Shown here: positions 1 to 13,631 of the stretch, in pieces
Numbering within the stretch: the first letter of the stretch is position 1
How the letters are laid out: the number at the start of each line of letters is the position of its first letter
Assembly (NCBI GenBank): GCA_951406725.2
Contig: OX597828.1
Location: forward strand, 7,998,001-8,062,000
Direction of reading: 5' to 3'
From: Octopus vulgaris
Lineage: Eukaryota
DNA: 64,000 bases
The notes under the pieces: generated by a model
The model's database searches: none
What the model was told of the DNA's origin: nothing
The model's input: only the letters and a program-made list of their open reading frames with translations
Program-made: the position numbers and the translations under genes

Positions 1-18
1 AGGCATTTAATGATGTCA

Positions 19-62
19 AACACACACACACACGCACCGAACACACACACACACACACACAG

Positions 63-95
<33 letters not shown>

Positions 96-152
96 CACAC
101 ACACACACGCACACATACACACGCATGCACACACACACACACATACGCACGC
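19..152. repeat. (CA)n microsatellite, imperfect
   Basis: Direct reading of CA dinucleotide runs. Confidence 0.95.
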
Positions 153-347
153 ACATGTAAGTATGTGAATGTTATCCTAAAACTGTGTGTATATACACAC
201 GGTTTTAGGATAACAGTCTATACCAGTTGTTTGCTCGAAATGCGCTGTATAAAGCGCATGCGTTTGTGTTTATTGTGCTTATGTGTGTGGAAAGGAGAAA
301 CAGAAAGCGGGATATATGTATAAATAAATATATATATATATATATAT

Positions 348-393
<46 letters not shown>

Positions 394-549
394 GAATAAA
401 AGGGATAACAGGAAGGCATTGTCATTAAAATGTTGTGGTAGGTAAACGTCGAGTCAGCTCCAACCGTCACACTATGAGAGGTGACCTGCGACCAAATGTA
501 CTCAGATCAGGATCAATCAGCTCTTTTTTGTATATTTAAAATTAATGTT

Positions 550-890
550 GGAGTGGCTGTGTGGTAAGTAGCTTGCTTACCAGCCACATGGTTCCGGGTT
601 CAGTCCCACTGCATGGCACCTTGGGCAAGTGTCTTCTACTATAGCCTCGGCTCGACAAAAGCCATGTGAGTGGATTTGGTAGACGGAAACTGAAAGAAGC
701 CTGTTGTATATATGTGTGTGTGTGTGTGCATGTTTGTGCGTCTGTTTGTTCTCCCAACATTGCTTGACAACCGATGCTGGTGTGTTTACGTACTCGTAAC
801 TTAGCGGTTCGGCAAAAAGAGACCGATAGAATAAGTATTAGGCTTACTAAGAATAAGTCCTGGGGTCGATTTGCTCGACTAAAGGGGGTG
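550..890 (+). mobile_element. SINE family A copy (tRNA-like head, internal microsatellite), 3' tail truncated
   Basis: GAGTGGCTGTGTGGTAAG..GGTTCAGTCCC A/B-box-like head and CCTTGGGCAAGT body; highly similar to 10898-11368 and 63441-63835. Confidence 0.85.
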
Positions 891-2736
891 TGTTTGATTG
901 TGAGGGAATTTGGCCGATCATTTTAGCGCGTCGAGTCATCACTTTGTACAGTTAAATTCGTGGGCTGTATTAAGTTTTCAAAACGTTAGACATACATGCT
1001 TTTTAGCCCCAACATGCGGCTTACAGGTGACTTATGTTCATGTAAATGTACCGAGTGTATTTATATGGAATATCTTTCGAATTTCGACTCGAAATATTTT
1101 CGGAAATTTGTTTCCAACTTGTAAACGACATAATATTAGTAAATGGGTTATTCAGTGTAGATGACAGAACGAATATCAGAAGACGTTGGGATATTCTTAA
1201 CCTCCTAGGAGCACATCACATAAATCTTCCATTTAGCTGCATTTTATTCTGAGTTCTAGTGCCTCCAACCACAGATCTTAGAGAGACTGCGGAGGTTTAT
1301 TTACATGCCTCGTTTCTGTGAATCCTATGACGTTTTTCATCTCGTCAGCTTTTGTTCGGGTTCCTATGTCTTTGCTTGCTGTTTTTACCGTTCATATACT
1401 TCAGGGATGAGTTATTTTTTTATATTCTTTCCTATTCATCTCAAAATTTGTTGTTATTCTCCCTTGGGGAGAGGGTTTCACGCTTGTTTACAGAATCCGC
1501 AGCAACCGTTCTGTGTTCTTGAAGTTACTTTGGTAAATATGCCTGTTGCTATTGTTGCTGTGACGGCTGCTCTACACAGCTTTCCTTTTTACACCGCATT
1601 TGTGACGTTTCCGGTTTTTCGGGGCAAAATTATCTGCACCCATTTCTGTATTACATATAAAGGAACTTGTATTTTGCTTTGTTCCATGAAAATCATACCC
1701 ACTGATTCGATGCCTTCAAGTTGGTATTGTTCAGTATTGTTTTACTAATATTCGAAGAAACCTCTCCTCCTGAGACTTCTCATCACTCCTGCGTTAACCA
1801 GTCGTCCAGATTCTGACACAAAATGTACAACAAACAAAGAGTTCAACATCATTGAAATTACATTTGCCCATCATATTCGCATTTTTATATGCCACAAAAT
1901 TTGGAGGAAGAGTGTTAGGGCAGGAGCATGCATCAGCAATTCAACCTGCTTTGAACGAATCATTTCTATACAAAAATACTAAAAAAATGGTATAAAAAAG
2001 AAACGCAGACCCGTAAATCTTACGCTGCACAATCAAGAAGATTCCTTCTAATATTAGGTGAGATTCTTCTTTCCAAGTCTGCTCTTTGATACAAAATGAG
2101 AAGCCAACATCATTTTTTTCAAAACACAGATATTGTAGACTTTCTCTTAGTCATTTCTTTCATTAAGTCTTGCAAAGACACAATGTCTGGCTTTACACAA
2201 ATTTTCTAGTCAAGGCTATTTTCTGGAAATTTGAGTAACCTAAAAATAGTAGCTTAGAATATCTAAAATTTAAAATGCGTATGACAGTGAAATATAAAAT
2301 ATTTCCATCTCTCTGAAGGCAGAGATTTATTGGGATTGCTACGATTAATTTCATCTCTGTTTAGAAATTCATCGGAGACGAAAAATGTCAACATAATCTG
2401 TCCACGAAACTACTAATGAAACAGCTATTTATATCAAACACGAAATGGAGCTCAGTTGAAAAGGAGAGTTCAGTTTGTTTGAATGTGCATTCGTTAGCAA
2501 TGTGGTTAACAAATTAAATATGCATGCGCGACTAGGTGTAAATTTGATAATTTGACATTTATTGTACGTATACCTAGAAATTTCAAATGATAAGCGTCCT
2601 TGCGAAAATGCAAAAATATGCTTGCACACTTTCAACTATGATTAGAATAAATAGTTTATCATCTGCATATTTTGAATAAACAAAATATCTTCGCCACATT
2701 TATGAGATATTTCTTCATCTCACCATTACATATGTA

Positions 2737-3585
2737 AAGGCAGTGACCGGGCAGAATCATTACCGCACAAGTAGGTGCGGCGAAAGGCGGAGAGCTGGCA
2801 GAAACGTTAGCACGCAGGGCGAAATGCTTAGCGGTATTTCGTCTGCCGTTACGTTGTGAGTTCAAATTTCGCCGAGGTCGACTTTGCCTTCATCCTTTCG
2901 GGGTCGATAAATTAAGTACCAGTTACGCACTGGGGTCGATGTAATCGACTTAATACCTATGTCTGTCCCAGTTTGTCTCCTCTATGTTTAGCCCCTTGTG
3001 GGTAATAAAGAAATAGGTATTTCATCTGCCGCTACGTTCAGAGTTCAAATTCTGCCGAGGTCGACTTTGCCTTTCATCCTTTCGGAGTCGATTAGGTAAG
3101 TACCAGTTAGGCACTGGGGTCGATATAATCGACTTAATCTCTTTGTCTGTCTTTGTTTGTCCTATCTGTGTTTAGCCCCTTGTGGGTAGTAAAGAAATAG
3201 GTATTTCGTCTGCCGCTACGTTCTGAGTTCGAATTCCGCTGAGGTCGACTTTGCTTTTCATCCTTTCGGGGTCGATTAAATAAGTACCAGTTACGCACTA
3301 GGGTCGATGTAATCGACTTAATCTTTTTGTCTGTCCTTGTTTGTCTCCTCTATGTTTAGCCCCTTGTGGGCAATAAAAAAATAAGAATCATTACTGCACT
3401 GTGAAAAATACGTATCGACATTTTTCCGACTTTACGTTCTGAATCCAAATACCCGTGGGGTCGACCTTGTCTTTCATCCTTTCGGGGTCGATTGAATAAG
3501 TTACCAGCTGAATACTGGGGTGGATGTAATCGATATGTCATCCACAACCCCGAAATTACTGGCCTCGCGCTAAAATTTTAAATCA
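2737..3585 (+). mobile_element. SINE family B nest: younger copy with three ~184-bp tandem units inserted in an older family B copy
   Basis: Units start GGTATTTC at 2833, 3016 and 3200; flanking duplication AGAATCATTACYGCAC at 2753-2768 and 3384-3399. Confidence 0.85.
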
Positions 3586-3769
3586 ACATTACATATATAC
3601 TCACACAAACACTCACACACAGAAACACGCACACAACAGGTTTCTGCACAGTTTCCACCTACCCTACTTGCTCACGTGATATCAGACAGCACTAGGCTAT
3701 CGTAGAATGCAGGTCCTGAAGAGCCCACTCAATAGGATTGAAACAAATGAATGCCAAACGAGTTCCTCA

Positions 3770-3772
3770 AAC

Positions 3773-3854
<82 letters not shown>

Positions 3855-3890
3855 ACACTCACACACACACATACGCACATACACATATAC
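3770..3890. repeat. (CA)n microsatellite
   Basis: Direct reading. Confidence 0.95.
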
Positions 3891-4427
3891 ACGCATGCAT
3901 GCACTCACACGTGCAAACAGACGCGGTTGTGCAGTAAAACAGCGAAGGAAAACAACAGGGAAAGAGTGAGTGAGAGTCAGAGTCAGAGTGAAAGAGGAAA
4001 AGAAAGCGAGAGTAAAGCAAGCTGAACTAGAAAAGTAAATGTAATGGCAGATAGAAAGATTGGACAGTCAAGTTTAGAAATATGTAGCCAAGCATTGCCA
4101 GATACAGGTGTACATTATAATACGATAAAAATTCGTTAGACAGCAGGATAAACTTTTAGCTTCGAGTGAAGACAGTGGGGATATAGGAAACAAAATTTTA
4201 AGGTCACAGCTTCCTTTAAAGGAAGAGCATAAATTTTAACGAAGTTATTTATGGAACACATCACCATAACAATTTCCTACTCTAAGGTCGTGGATCCCTT
4301 ATTTACGGTTTTTATGTTATGGAGAAGGAAATTTAGGAGGTAAGATTTACACGAAGTTGGCAACAGATCTACTTACAAATTCCAGTTTCTCAAAGGACAC
4401 GTTTTTCTCCATAAGGTATTCTATCTA

Positions 4428-4536
<109 letters not shown>

Positions 4537-4573
4537 CTGTTTGAATATATGTGTGTATCCTTGTAATTATGTA

Positions 4574-4611
<38 letters not shown>

Positions 4612-5031
4612 CGCACACATATACACGCATACATACGTACAAATACACACATACAGATCCACACATTCCCATCTCTGTATGCATTCATCTTTGTATATAA
4701 AGAGATTTTGGTTAATATTTTTACGGAGCGAAATGTTAACAAGCTTTGAGTAAATAAACATCAGAGAAGAATACAGACAACTGATACCGAGGGAGATTGT
4801 GGAAAACTACAGATGTTGCTCATCTGTCTAAGGGCCATTGGTCTAAGTAGTTTGTGGATGGCTAAGGAGAAGCTAAAACAACAATAGTCTACGAAACAAT
4901 AACCCGAGCAGTGCATAAATCTTAAACAACTCAACGTCCTTTATTCTGTACGGTCTGTTTTTCTTATTTCTTTATAACTCTATCACTTTACCTCTCTATC
5001 TTTTTCTTTATTCACACACACAGGCACATGG

Positions 5032-5462
<431 letters not shown>

Positions 5463-5464
5463 TT

Positions 5465-5534
<70 letters not shown>

Positions 5535-5567
5535 TTATACGCGCACATGAATATATATATATTTAAT

Positions 5568-5790
5568 CTCTTACTTGTTTCAGTCATTAGACTGCAGCCT
5601 CACTGAAGCAACGCCTTGAAGAATCATTTAGCCGTATGAATCTCCTCCCCAATACTTATCGTCTTTTAAAAGCCTGGTACTTGTTTTTGCACTGTATTTT
5701 ACCGAATCGCTAAGTTGTGGGACGTAAATATAGAAAAATCGGTTGTCAGTCGGTAGCAGGGTACAAACACGGACACAAAGACACACAAAA
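5568..5790 (-). mobile_element. SINE family A 3' half, diverged
   Basis: TTACTTGTTTCAGTCATT..CTGCAGCC is the reverse complement of the family A tail; CGCTAAGTTGTGGGACGTAAA body match. Confidence 0.7.
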
Positions 5791-6197
5791 GCTTATGCAT
5801 ACATATATACACACATTCATAGACAGATAGATACAGACATATTTATATACAGGGTCGTCAAAATTACGCAACGATGAAAATAAAACTGACATCTCATTTT
5901 AACAGATATATTTACCAAAGCAACATAAAAATACTTCAAGACATATTTTCTATAGCCTTCGAATTGTGTAAACGTGGAAGACATTGTTCCATTATAAATA
6001 TCAGGTCGAGGGTGGACCATTTTACTCGCATGTAGAGATTTTGTGGGAATTCTAAAAAAATTTAAAATCCCGTTTTGGTTTAACTTTCATAGGAATGGTC
6101 CTCAAATCCTGTCTGTAGAGCATACATGAATTGAAATGTACAACTTACAAATCTCGAACTAAGTTTAGTGCTATTACTATCTTCCTCAGTCTTTTTA

Positions 6198-6390
6198 TAT
6201 TGATTTCTAATTTTGGACCAAGGCCAGTAATTCCAGGAGAGAGGTTAATCCATTACATCGACCCCAGCTCTCTACTGGTACTTATTTTATCGAGCCCGAC
6301 GGAATTTGAACTCAGAACGTAAAGACGGAAGAAATAAGGTTAAGTATTTCGCCCTGTGTACCAACGATTATGCCATCATACCGCCTTTAG
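6198..6390 (-). mobile_element. SINE family B copy, diverged
   Basis: GGAATTTGAACTCAGAACGTAA and ATCGACCCCAG..CTGGTACTTATTTTATCGA are reverse complements of family B motifs. Confidence 0.75.
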
Positions 6391-7164
6391 TCATTTTATA
6401 TTAGTAATGAATTATGAAAGATAATGACTTTATTATATACAGCCTCTATCCCTCCTTAAGTAAATTTAATAATTTAATTTAATACAAGAGATAATTTAAC
6501 AGCCCCTAGATTCTTGAGCACGTCAAACTAATGAGATCAAACTAGATCGAAATAGTAACTATTTATTAATGCCGTTTAAGACTCAATAATTAAAATAGAA
6601 AATCGAAGTAAGCAAATTCAATAAAATAAAAGGATAAAAATGATGTACATTATTCCATTCCCTTTAATATCGAAAGTTAATGAAATGTAAGCTTGGCGGT
6701 AGTTTTGTATTTCCATAGAGGACAATCAATCAACAGAAAGACTTAAAATGTCACATACACATGACGTTATTTTTTTAATTATTATTTCAGAGAAGACTGC
6801 AGCGCTTTGGAAGAAATCTTGAGAATACGATGGCATACATATTCATTCTTAATACAGTGTAGCCAATTCGGAAATGAATAAGTGGACCACTGTTACATTT
6901 TGACGTTGGAAAACAACTCCTCATTTCAAATGAATGTGCCTTCATTATACACACGTCTATTGGAAAAAAATTTATAACGTGGATATAAAAAAGCTATTTC
7001 TTGTGTAAAATTTCAAAAGAAAGACAATGGAAGTGGTCCCAAGTCTCTAGCAGCCCCCTGAATGGAGCTAGGGCCATTTCCCAACATGTACAACATCGCA
7101 TTTCAAAAAATAAATGAAGAGTTTAAGGGATATATAATTCTTATCGGGTTAACATACCATTATT

Positions 7165-8320
7165 TTTTCGGTTTCATCTCAAAGCTGCGGCCAAGCTGGG
7201 GCACCACCGTTTTGCTACACTGGTATCATTGAGAGCCTTCTCTGATATGTGACATTTGGTGAATAAGGGAGTTTGATGTCACTGCCCTCATTTGCGCCTC
7301 CTGCCGCGAGGTAGATATTCTGGGACTCCCGACAGGAAGAGATCCAGATTTGTTTTGAAAACACCTACATTTACTTCGTGTAGGCCCCTCAGGATCTTTG
7401 AAAGAATGTTAAAAATCTTTGGGCCCTTGAAACATAGGCTGTTGCAGTAACTGGTCCTGAAATGCGACACCTTTTTGGGGAACTTTGGTGCTGTACATTG
7501 GCAAACAGTTCTGCAATTTATGTAGCTTTCAATGCCAAGATGTGACACTATCCCTTCAATGGTCTTCCAGATGTATATTACTGCTTATCTCTCCTGCCTT
7601 CGCTTCAGGGAGTAGAGTCTTAGCTGTTTCAGCCTTTCCCAGTAGCTGAGCTGTTGCAATGAGACGATCTTTTTTGTGAAGCTTCACTGCATTGTTTCAA
7701 GGTTCGCTGTTAATTTTACCCAGTGGAGTGACCATAGTTATGAGAAGTAGTCCGGACGGCTGAGGACGAATATCCTCCAGAGGACCATCATAGTTTCCTT
7801 ATCTATGGATTTAAAATCTCAGGATCAAACCAGCCAGCCGTTTGCACTTTGACGACATCTTGGTAATGTGCACTTGGACAGAGGTATCATCACTCATGTT
7901 AATACCCAAGTCACGCACTGGTTTACGTTCTGAGATTGTAATCTCCGCCGGGCAAGTGTACCCTGTATGTTTTTCGATCAGGTTTGCGGGTGGTAGCGAA
8001 GGGCTCGGAACTTTTCTTGCTTTAAATTGCATATTATTGTCCTCAGCCCATCTGTATATTACATCCAGCTCCTACTGCAGGCGTGCAACATCGATAGAGT
8101 TTTGCATTTTCTGCAAGACTTCCGTATCGTCTGCATAGATAGCAAGGGTGGCTATCCGGGCAGCTGAGGGCATATCTGAGAGAGCCACTATGAAAAGTAG
8201 TGGTCCCAAGACAGTGCCCTGTGGAACACCACTCACTATTTGTATTTCCTTTGAAGTGTCTCCATTGGCCACCACTGCTTGATTTCTATATTTCCGAAAG
8301 TCGTGTAACCAATTTTGCAA
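7165..8320 (-). mobile_element. CR1/L2-group LINE, 3' portion of the RT ORF plus 3' UTR, frameshifted
   Basis: Minus-strand peptides SGVPQGTVLGPLLFI, YADDT, RDLGI, YWERLKQLRLYSL, GPKIFNIL, FKTNLDLFL. Confidence 0.9.
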
Positions 8321-8339
8321 CTTGGAGAAGGAAGGCTAG

Positions 8340-9045
8340 ATATAAATCACGAAAATGACTTGAATCCATCAAAAGTTTGCACCTTGGTCAGCTCGGTTGA
8401 GGAACTTATTGAAAAAGCTTTTCCACGTATAATTTCAAGTTGCACAAATGCCACTTGGTTGTGAGAAAGAGCAACTATGGCAACAAAGAACGTTACTGTG
8501 AATAATTTAAATGAAAAACTCAAGAAACTTTTACCACCAAACGAACATACTTCTAAATATATAGACTCTGTTGTTGATGAATCGGAAATAGTCAATTACC
8601 CGGTTGAGTTCTTACAATCACGCAACCACCAGGAACTCCTCCTCATTACCTTCCATTGAAAATAGGAGCTCTAATTATGCTTCTGCGCAACCTTTCTGAA
8701 CCAAAGTTGTGCAATAGCACAAAGCTTGTCAAGAAAATAATGGGAAATGCCATATAGGCCATGGTGAAGATGTCTTTATTCCACGTTCAACTTTATTGCA
8801 ATCCAATGTGACCTTCGAGTTCAAACGACTTCAATTTCCAATACATCTGTCATTTGCGATGTCTATTAGTAAATCCCAAAGTCAGACTTTGAAAGGTGCT
8901 AGTTTACAATTAGAAGAGGACTGATTCTCCTACGGTCAGTTATATGTTGGGACATCCAGAGATCAATCCAGGATCAATCTTTTCATTTTTGCCCCCACTG
9001 GTAAAACGTAAAACAGTGTCTATAAGGAAGTTTTTACCATGGGAT
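8340..9045 (+). pseudogene. Helitron PIF1-like helicase C-terminal fragment, degenerate
   Basis: [57 protein letters not shown] motifs with stops and frameshifts. Confidence 0.85.
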
Positions 9046-9465
9046 TAACTAACTAAAATTTTCAGAATAATTGATAGCTTTGAATTGATATTGTCAACGT
9101 CACACTATATTCGTCTAAGAAAAGGTATTTGTATTTTAGTTTGTTGTAATACTTAACTTTAATAAATTATAGTATATATGTTTTTAGTTTTCTCCTAACT
9201 TTCATTTGCTATCTTGTACTAGGCATAAGCCAAAGTCTGTGCGATATTTGGTTCATTTATAGACTGAAATACTATAGATCATAGATCAGAAGTTTATATG
9301 CACCCACGATAATATTGGCCAGAAGAAAACAGCTTCATCGTTACATGGAGGTTAATAACCATTTCTTATATACGTTCAATACAATCTAAGTGAATAATTC
9401 TCAATATTCTTAGTGCAATGTTGGTAGCTTCTTTCAACCCAGTCAATGACGGGTGTATCTACTAG

Positions 9466-9515
<50 letters not shown>

Positions 9516-9528
9516 TAGATATATATAG

Positions 9529-9590
<62 letters not shown>

Positions 9591-10108
9591 GTATACATGC
9601 ATATATATACGAGTATATGTATATATATATATACGCACATATATTTACTCCCCCACAGAGTCGCACATACATACAAACACCCACACACGCGTCACATCGA
9701 TTCTCTCTCACTCACGCACACACAGATGCACACACACACGCATTCATACGTACATACACATACATTCCCGCTTCATCAATCGCACACATACAAACACATA
9801 TGCACACACAACTACACCCAACCACTGACACACACATATACACACACACACACTGACCATTTTCTTACTCTCCTGTCCCCTAAAACCAATTTCTCCATCT
9901 CTTTCTACTTCCGATCATTTCAGTAATGTAACTACACACGTGCTTTGGCGATTTCTTTTCATTTTTACGAACTTTTTCCTTTCTCCTTTCCGACGAAGAA
10001 ATATGCTGGAAGCGTCAACCTTTCCCTTTCAACCGAGCTTTCAAGCTATTACATTTTTTTGTGCAAGTACTCTTGTTTCCGTTAATTTTATTCGCTTATT
10101 TGAATTTT

Positions 10109-10185
<77 letters not shown>

Positions 10186-10573
10186 CACCCCACCAAATAT
10201 ATCTATGTATATGTATGTATCTATGCATATATATTATATTTTCGCTTAGGCGTATGGAGACTAATCCCCCGGTAGAGAACTCAGTACACGTATAGTTCCG
10301 ACCACAATGTTAGAGTGGTAATAGAAACGAAGATATGATCCCGGAAATATCAAATGTTTCGTAACGACCTTGATTACATCACAGCCATTTCTGTTATAGG
10401 ATTTGGTGAATTCTTAGTTGAGTACCAAGAGAACATCTTTTAGATTCACCAGGACCTTGAATGGTGCATTTTATTCAGGAAAGTTACATTTTCAGAACAT
10501 ACAGTCGTTATGAGTGAGAAAGTTTATGTTGATGGCTATAGAAAGTTCTATCCCAAGGGTTCAATGTATATTA

Positions 10574-10882
10574 TGAAGGCGCATGGCTCAGTGATTAGAA
10601 CATCAATCTTACAATCGTGAGATTGTGAGTTCGAATTCCGGACCGGACTGCTTGCTGTGTTCTTGAGCAAGGCACTTTATTTCACGTTGCTCCAGTTCCC
10701 TCAGCTGTAGAAATGAGTTGCGACGTCACAGGTACCAGGCTGTATCCGCCTTTGCCCTTCGCTTGGATAACACTGGTGGCATGGAGAGAGGAGGCCGGTA
10801 TACATGGGCGACTGCTGGTCTTACATAAACCTTGCCCGAACTTGTGCAATCCCATGGTCAGTGATGATCGAAGGGGGTCTCA
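10574..10882 (+). mobile_element. SINE family C copy (tRNA-derived head)
   Basis: TGGCTCAGTGATTAG A-box and GTTCGAATTCC B-box; similar along its length to 47197-47540. Confidence 0.85.
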
Positions 10883-10897
10883 GCATATATTGACACA

Positions 10898-11062
10898 GGA
10901 GTGGCTGTGTGGTAAGTAGCTTGCTTACCAGCCACATGATTGCGGGTTCAGTCCCACTGCGTGGTACCTTGGGCAAGTGCCTTCTGCTATAACCTAGGGC
11001 CGACCAAAACCTTGTGAGTGGATTTGGTAGACAGAAATCGAAAGAAGCCTGTCGTATATACG

Positions 11063-11131
<69 letters not shown>

Positions 11132-11368
11132 GTGTGTGTGTGTGTGTATTTGTGTGTGCGTGTGTGTGTGTGCCGTTGTTTGTCCCCCCCAATATCGATT
11201 GACAACCGATGCTGGTGTGTTTAAGTCCCCGTATCTTAGCGGTTCGGCAAAAAAGATCAATAGAATAAGTACTAGGCTTACAAAGAGTAAGTCCTGGGGT
11301 CGATTTGCTCGACTAAAGGCGGTGCTCCAGCATGGCCGCAGTCAAATGACTGGAACAAGTAAAAGAGT
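10898..11368 (+). mobile_element. SINE family A, full-length, with internal (TA)n(TG)n
   Basis: Head, body and tail GGCGGTGCTCCAGCATGGCCGCAGTCAAATGACTGGAACAAGTAAAAGA all present. Confidence 0.9.
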
Positions 11369-11395
11369 ATGCACACTTACATACACACACATCCC

Positions 11396-11446
<51 letters not shown>

Positions 11447-13019
11447 ACATAATTGCAGCTGTGTGTATAAAATGTATCAGAAAAAATATCATACTACAAA
11501 AGGAATAGTAAACATTTAATGACAAGAGGTATTGCTATCATTAAACACATATAATATAAATCTTTAAGGATCTCTTTGATTCTACCGAGGTAAATATACC
11601 TTAATAAGCTTCTTCAGAGTATAACATCGAACAACAAACAAATAAAATCTATAAAGTCAATGGAAACACGTCTCTACTAAAAGACAGATAAAACAATATC
11701 GAACATATGTTGTCTGAATGTATTTAAATATTTAGGCTGCGGGCAAAAGAAAAACAAATCGAACGAAACAAGAAAAATAAAGTGGGTTTATATAGGTTTG
11801 TGTATATCTGCAATAATTAATTATTTTATAGATTCATCAATGATCAGTGCAATTTAGGTTAATCCAGCTAATAAAAATCCATAATAACAGTATTGAAAAG
11901 TAACATTTATTGATTTATTATGATGCTGATTTTTGTGATCTGACACGGCCATGCTGGGGCTTGCAGTGGCATTGTAGTCAACCATGTATACACCAGCACC
12001 TATTCTAAAATGTTATTTATTTTAGTGATATCTTTTCATCGAATGACCGTCTTTAATATACATATATTTGCCAGTGTATGTAAGTATATATATATCTCTT
12101 ATTATAAAAGGCAGATTTTATCTGCCTCCCTTTGTATCTTATAGAAATCTACAATATAGGATTTCTTCAATTACAATTTACCTAGCATTTTTAAGAGTAG
12201 AATGCATCGGGTCATGCCAGGTCCAGTTTTTAAAATTTAAACTCCAATTAAGCAAAATTTACAGAAAACTCACATTCTGGTGTGTATGTCAAATGCTTTT
12301 CTTAGTCTGGTTTACAGCACACGCAAACGCACACACACAGTGTGCTACGAATAAAGTGAAAGTAATTCAGTGTGTTGACAGGTAGACAATACAATGCGGT
12401 GACGATGGCGATGTAATATTTGTTTCTGTCTATGACGCTGATAGATACATGAGTAAAATGTATGGGAAGCTAAGAGATAAGAGCGAGTGAAAATGTTCTT
12501 GGAAGAGAGTAAATAGCGAGAGAGAGTGATTTGAGGAAGACTTTACATTAAATAACCGTAGTGGCTTGTGTTAGTAATAAAGTAAACATACACTCATACA
12601 TACATGCATACATACATACATACATACATACATACACACACACACATACACACACACATACATACATACACACACATACATACATACACACATACATACA
12701 TACATACATATACATACATACATACATATACATACATACATACACACACACACACATACACACACACACAGTATTGAAGCTTGAGAACAATCAGATACAT
12801 TTGCAACACATCTGTTGAAAATATTATTGTTCACACACATACATATACATATATACATACAGACAGACAGACAGATAGACACACACACACACACACACAT
12901 GATCCAGCATGGCCACAACCTCAAGGCTGAAACATATAAAAGAATAACAGAATATAAATGTGTGCATGTGTGTGAGAGAGAGAGTGTGTGTGTATATGTA
13001 TGTATGTATGTATATATAT

Positions 13020-13612
13020 ATAATAATGCGGTTTTTTCAACAGCTTGAACTAAAAGTCAGAGGGGAATGGGATAAACTACTTATATTAACTTGCTATAAA
13101 AGCAGGTAGTAATTTTATCTTGTCTTTATTCATAGTGCAAGTTTTGAAGAGTGCATTTCGATTTTAACAGCTATTTTTTTCAAAGCTATGTTGGAAGTAA
13201 CAAAGGAGCATATTTGGCATATTTTGCTTTATGAGTTCAATAAAGACAACAACGCAACGGAAAGTACAAGAAATATTAATGCAGTATATGGGGATTGGAC
13301 AATAAGCGTAAGGCAGTGTCAATGGTGGTTCCAGAAATTCCGAGCCATAAACTACAGCCTAGAAGACGAGCCTCATTCTGAAAGATCTGTAGAACTCGAC
13401 AAGGACATCCTGAAAACCCTGGTGGAACAAAATCTCATCGTAACTGTTGAGGAACTAGCAGAGAAGCTTGGAGTTGGTCATTCAACCATTCATTGAGACC
13501 TGTGTGCTATCGGAAAAGTCAGCAAATTGGGTCAATGGGTTCCTCACGAACTTTCCGAGTCTAATTGCATGCAGAGAGTGAATGTATGCTTTTCTTTGCT
13601 GTCACATCTCAC
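13020..13612 (+). mobile_element. mariner transposon 5' part with N-terminal HTH region of the transposase, degenerate
   Basis: ORF 13188-13496 HILLYEFNKDNNATESTRNINAVYG..WFQKFR..SLEDEP, continuing to the WVPHEL motif near 13537. Confidence 0.9.
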
Positions 13613-13631
13613 CACTACTGCGCTATGTATA

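Noticed and set aside
1305-1748. 147-aa plus-strand ORF
   Set aside because: No recognisable domain; probably the antisense of a decayed retroelement, which I could not confirm
2833-3383. Regularly spaced repeats resembling a CRISPR array
   Set aside because: Whole ~184-bp units repeat with no unique spacers and no cas genes; they are SINE multimers in eukaryotic DNA
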